NCBI GenBank assembly: GCA_040357565.1
Contig: JBDODJ010000004.1
DNA from: Cercozoa sp. M6MM
Taxonomy: Eukaryota; Protista; Endomyxa: Ascetosporea
Length of the DNA: 64,000 bases
Reading direction: 5' to 3' (one strand)
The notes under the pieces were generated by a model. It ran no database searches. It was not told the origin of the DNA and worked only from the letters and a program-made list of their open reading frames with translations. Position 1 is the stretch's first letter. Every line of letters begins with the position of its first letter. Both the position numbers and the translations under genes were made by a program. Shown here in pieces: positions 60,822 through 64,000 of the stretch.

Positions 60822-63148
60822 GTGTGTGTGTCACACATTGGGTGTATGTGTGTGCATGCGCAGGCTACCGTGCCCGTCACCCGGAGCTGCACAGCATTCC
60901 GTTTAACTCGCGCAACAAGTGGCAGATCTCGGTGCACGTCAACCCGGACGCGGAGAACGCGCCGCTCATCGTGTGCAAGGGCGCTCCCGACAAGGTGCTG
61001 GACTACTGCGATCGCTACCTGCTGAACGGCGAGTACGTGCCGATCACGGAGGAGATCAAGGAGCAGGTGCGCGCCGGTATCCTCGGCTTTGGCGCACAGG
61101 GCGAGCGCGTGCTCGGCATGTGCGAGCTGCAGCTCTCCAAGGACGAGTACCCGGAGGACTACGTCTTCTCGGGCGCTGAGCGTGATGAGGTGAACTTCCC
61201 GTTCGGTCGCGACGGCGAGGCCGGTCTCGTGTTCGTTGGCCTGATGGCCATGATCGACCCGCCGCGTCCCGGTGTGCCCGAGGCTGTGCGCAAGTGCCAG
61301 ACGGCCGGTATCAAGGTGTTCATGGTGACGGGCGACCATCCGGTGACGGCCAAGGCCATCGCTCGCCAGGTCGGTATCATCCGCCACAAGACGGCCGACG
61401 ACATTGCTCAGGAGCGTGGCATCGCCCTCGAGGAGGTCGACGACGATGAGGTCGAGGCCGTGGTGCTGCACGGTCAGACCGATCTGGACCCGGTGTTCGA
61501 CAAGACGCCGGACGAGATCACCGAGTTCTGGAACCGCGTGCTCAACAAGCAGTCGGTCGTGTTCGCGCGTACGTCGCCGCAGCAGAAGCTGCTCATCGTG
61601 CAGGCCTGTCAGCTGCGTGGCGGTGTTGTCGCTGTGACTGGTAGTCTTTCCTCCTTCCTTCCTGCCGACGCAGCTATGGTATCTACCGGTGTTGGTGTGT
61701 CTGCGCAGGTGACGGTGTCAACGACTCACCGGCCCTGAAGAAGGCGCACATCGGTGTTGCCATGGGCAAGGTCGGTACCGCTGTTGCCAAGGACGCCGCC
61801 GATATGATCCTGCTGGACGACAACTTCGCGTCGATCGTGAACGGTGTCGAGGAAGGCCGCATCATCTTCGACAACCTCAAGAAGTCGATCGCGTACACGC
61901 TGTCGTCGAACATTCCGGAGATCATCCCGTTCCTGCTGTTCGTTGTGATGGGCATCCCGCTGCCGCTGACGACGGTCATGATCCTCATGGTCGATCTCGG
62001 TACGGATCTCGTGCCGGCCATCTCGTTCGCGCACGAGAAGAAGGAGGCCGACATCATGAAGCGTGCGCCGCGCAACAAGGACACGGACAACCTCGTGACG
62101 TGGCGCCTCATCTCGTTCTCGTACCTCCAGATCGGTGTGATTCAGGCCCTGGCCGGTCTCTTCACCTACATGGTCGTGCTGTTCGACGAGATGCGTCTGC
62201 GTCCGTCGCAGCTTACGGGTCTCGTGTCGTCGGACAACTGGTACCCCCTGCCCTCCCCATCTGACCTGTCTGTCTATGTGCTGGTGTGTCCCTTAACAGG
62301 TCGCCGCCGGGTCTCTCGGAGCGCAGCGAGTTCACGTGGCTCATGTGCTACAAGGACTCGGGTGTGCTGCCCAAAAAGTTCACGCAGGCCGAGCTGTACG
62401 GCGGTATCGACCTGGCCACGACGCCGATCACGCTGGGCGATTTCTCGTTCCGCGCGGACGTCGATGGTGACGGCAACGTCAAGTACGCCTCGCCGGGTGG
62501 TGACGCTGAGGGCAACTCGTACTGCACCTACGTGCCGTTCGCCATGCGCTGCGAGGGCGACTACGCCGAGTTCGGCTGCAAGACCGGCGAGCTCATCGAC
62601 GTCGACGACGAGGACGTCGTAGAGAAGATGCAGGACCTGCTGGCGCCGTCGCTCATGGAGCATTACCGCGCCAACATCGTGGACGTCGACATGGAGAAGC
62701 TGCTGGACCGCGACGACTTTGTGATCGCCAACTGGTGGGAGCGCGACGAGAAGCTCGCCAAGGCTAACACGGCGTACTTCCTGTCGATCATTGTGGTGCA
62801 GTGGGCCGACCTGCTGATCTGCAAGACGCGCTCGCGCTCGCTGCTGCACCAGGGCATGAAGAACCGCTTCATGAACTTTGGCCTGCTGTTCGAAACGGTG
62901 CTTGGCATCCTGTTGATCTACACGCCGGCCAACGTGCTGTTCGGCACTCGTCCCGTCAAGTTCATCCACTGGTTCCCGGGCATGCCGTTCTCGATGTTCA
63001 TCTTCCTGTACGACGAATTCCGCAAGTGGTGGATCCGCGACCACCCGGGTCAGTGGTTGCACGCTACCACGGTAACTTTCCCGTCTCCACACACCTTTGT
63101 TGATTGCCTTGTTCCTGTCACACCTCTGTGTGTCTGTAGTACTGGTAA
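58898..63148 (+). CDS. Na+/K+-ATPase alpha subunit (P2C-type ATPase), 8 exons
   Basis: [118 protein letters not shown]-terminus TTYW*; first exon (58898-58987) inferred. Confidence 0.96.
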
Positions 63149-64000
63149 GTGCCGTACACGTCGATCGTGTGTCGACAAACCCTTCGCTTGCTGTGCGTCT
63201 CCAAGTGTGTGCCAGCGTGTTGTTGTTGCTTTACGCCAACATCGCTCTCCATCGACAGGAGGCAATGCGCCGAGAATAAGTCTGTCTTCTCTCGCTTGGG
63301 CCTCTGTTTGCTTAGTCCTGCTATCTTAGGACTCTTGTAACCTACCTCGCTTTAGCGCAGGAAAGCAACTATCTGAACTGAAAACTGAATGCCAGTTCTG
63401 TCAGCTCCCATCCACCGGTTTACTTCGGATCTTTCGGTTGCGTCTGTCGTGTCCGGTCATAGTGAGTCCGCTTTATATAGGCCGAGCTCACACCGCCATG
63501 AACAGCACGAAAAGAAGGTTGTAAATCAGGTGCACTGCACAGCGCAGCAAATACAGCGAGTCAGGGAACAGGAGCTGACTCGGAGAACTAAACTGCTCGT
63601 ACCAATTGCGAAGGCACTCGCCGACACCGAGTGCTGCCATGTAGCCCTTCCTGCGCTTCCCAGAAGCGAGATACCGACGGGTACATCAAGTAAGTATGCC
63701 AGTCTTACGACTGCTTGATCTGTGTGGCCGCAGGGACTCCACGGCAAACCCTATGTGTAGTCGGGAGAGATAGCACCTGGATTCAACTTTAGATCTTTGG
63801 ATTCTTCGTATTTGATTTTTTACAAGGCACGTAGACGCACACGAGGAGGAACACGGTTGCACCTTTCAGCATAACGCGTCGTGTACGACTTCGCTTCGCT
63901 GAAAGAGAACCAAACCAGTGGTAGGTTAATTTAAACAAACCGAACTTGCAATAGGAACATTAGATACGCTTGCAGGAGAAAGCGCATGCGCAGCGCTGGT

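Overview
Compact, intron-rich nuclear DNA from a unicellular, probably flagellated eukaryote. It uses the standard genetic code and GT-AG introns of roughly 40-350 nt, often bloated by simple repeats, and has three 100-N gaps. The ORF track is largely uninformative because genes are split into short exons, so about 23 gene models were spliced by hand; exon boundaries are approximate where stated. Recognisable genes: prokaryotic-type ferritin, Tra2-like RRM protein, bubblegum-type acyl-CoA synthetase, IQUB, class-3 lipase, ankyrin protein, divergent beta-tubulin, Ctr copper transporter, NEK-like kinase, RPB10, asparaginyl-tRNA synthetase, tandem-DUF302 membrane protein, SMYD methyltransferase, HSPA14-like Hsp70 and a Na+/K+-ATPase alpha subunit. 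The best candidate for an undescribed system is a multi-exon gene at 5200-7456 encoding a putatively N-myristoylated globin fused to an intact RGS domain, i.e. a possible gas-sensing regulator of heterotrimeric G proteins. Also notable: IQUB carrying exon-duplicated, catalytically dead NDK-like repeats; a 5' splice-site consensus lacking +4A/+5G; a structured ~215-nt element; a 75-bp inverted duplicate of the IQUB C-terminus; and a large Cys-containing M7-M8 insertion in the Na/K pump.
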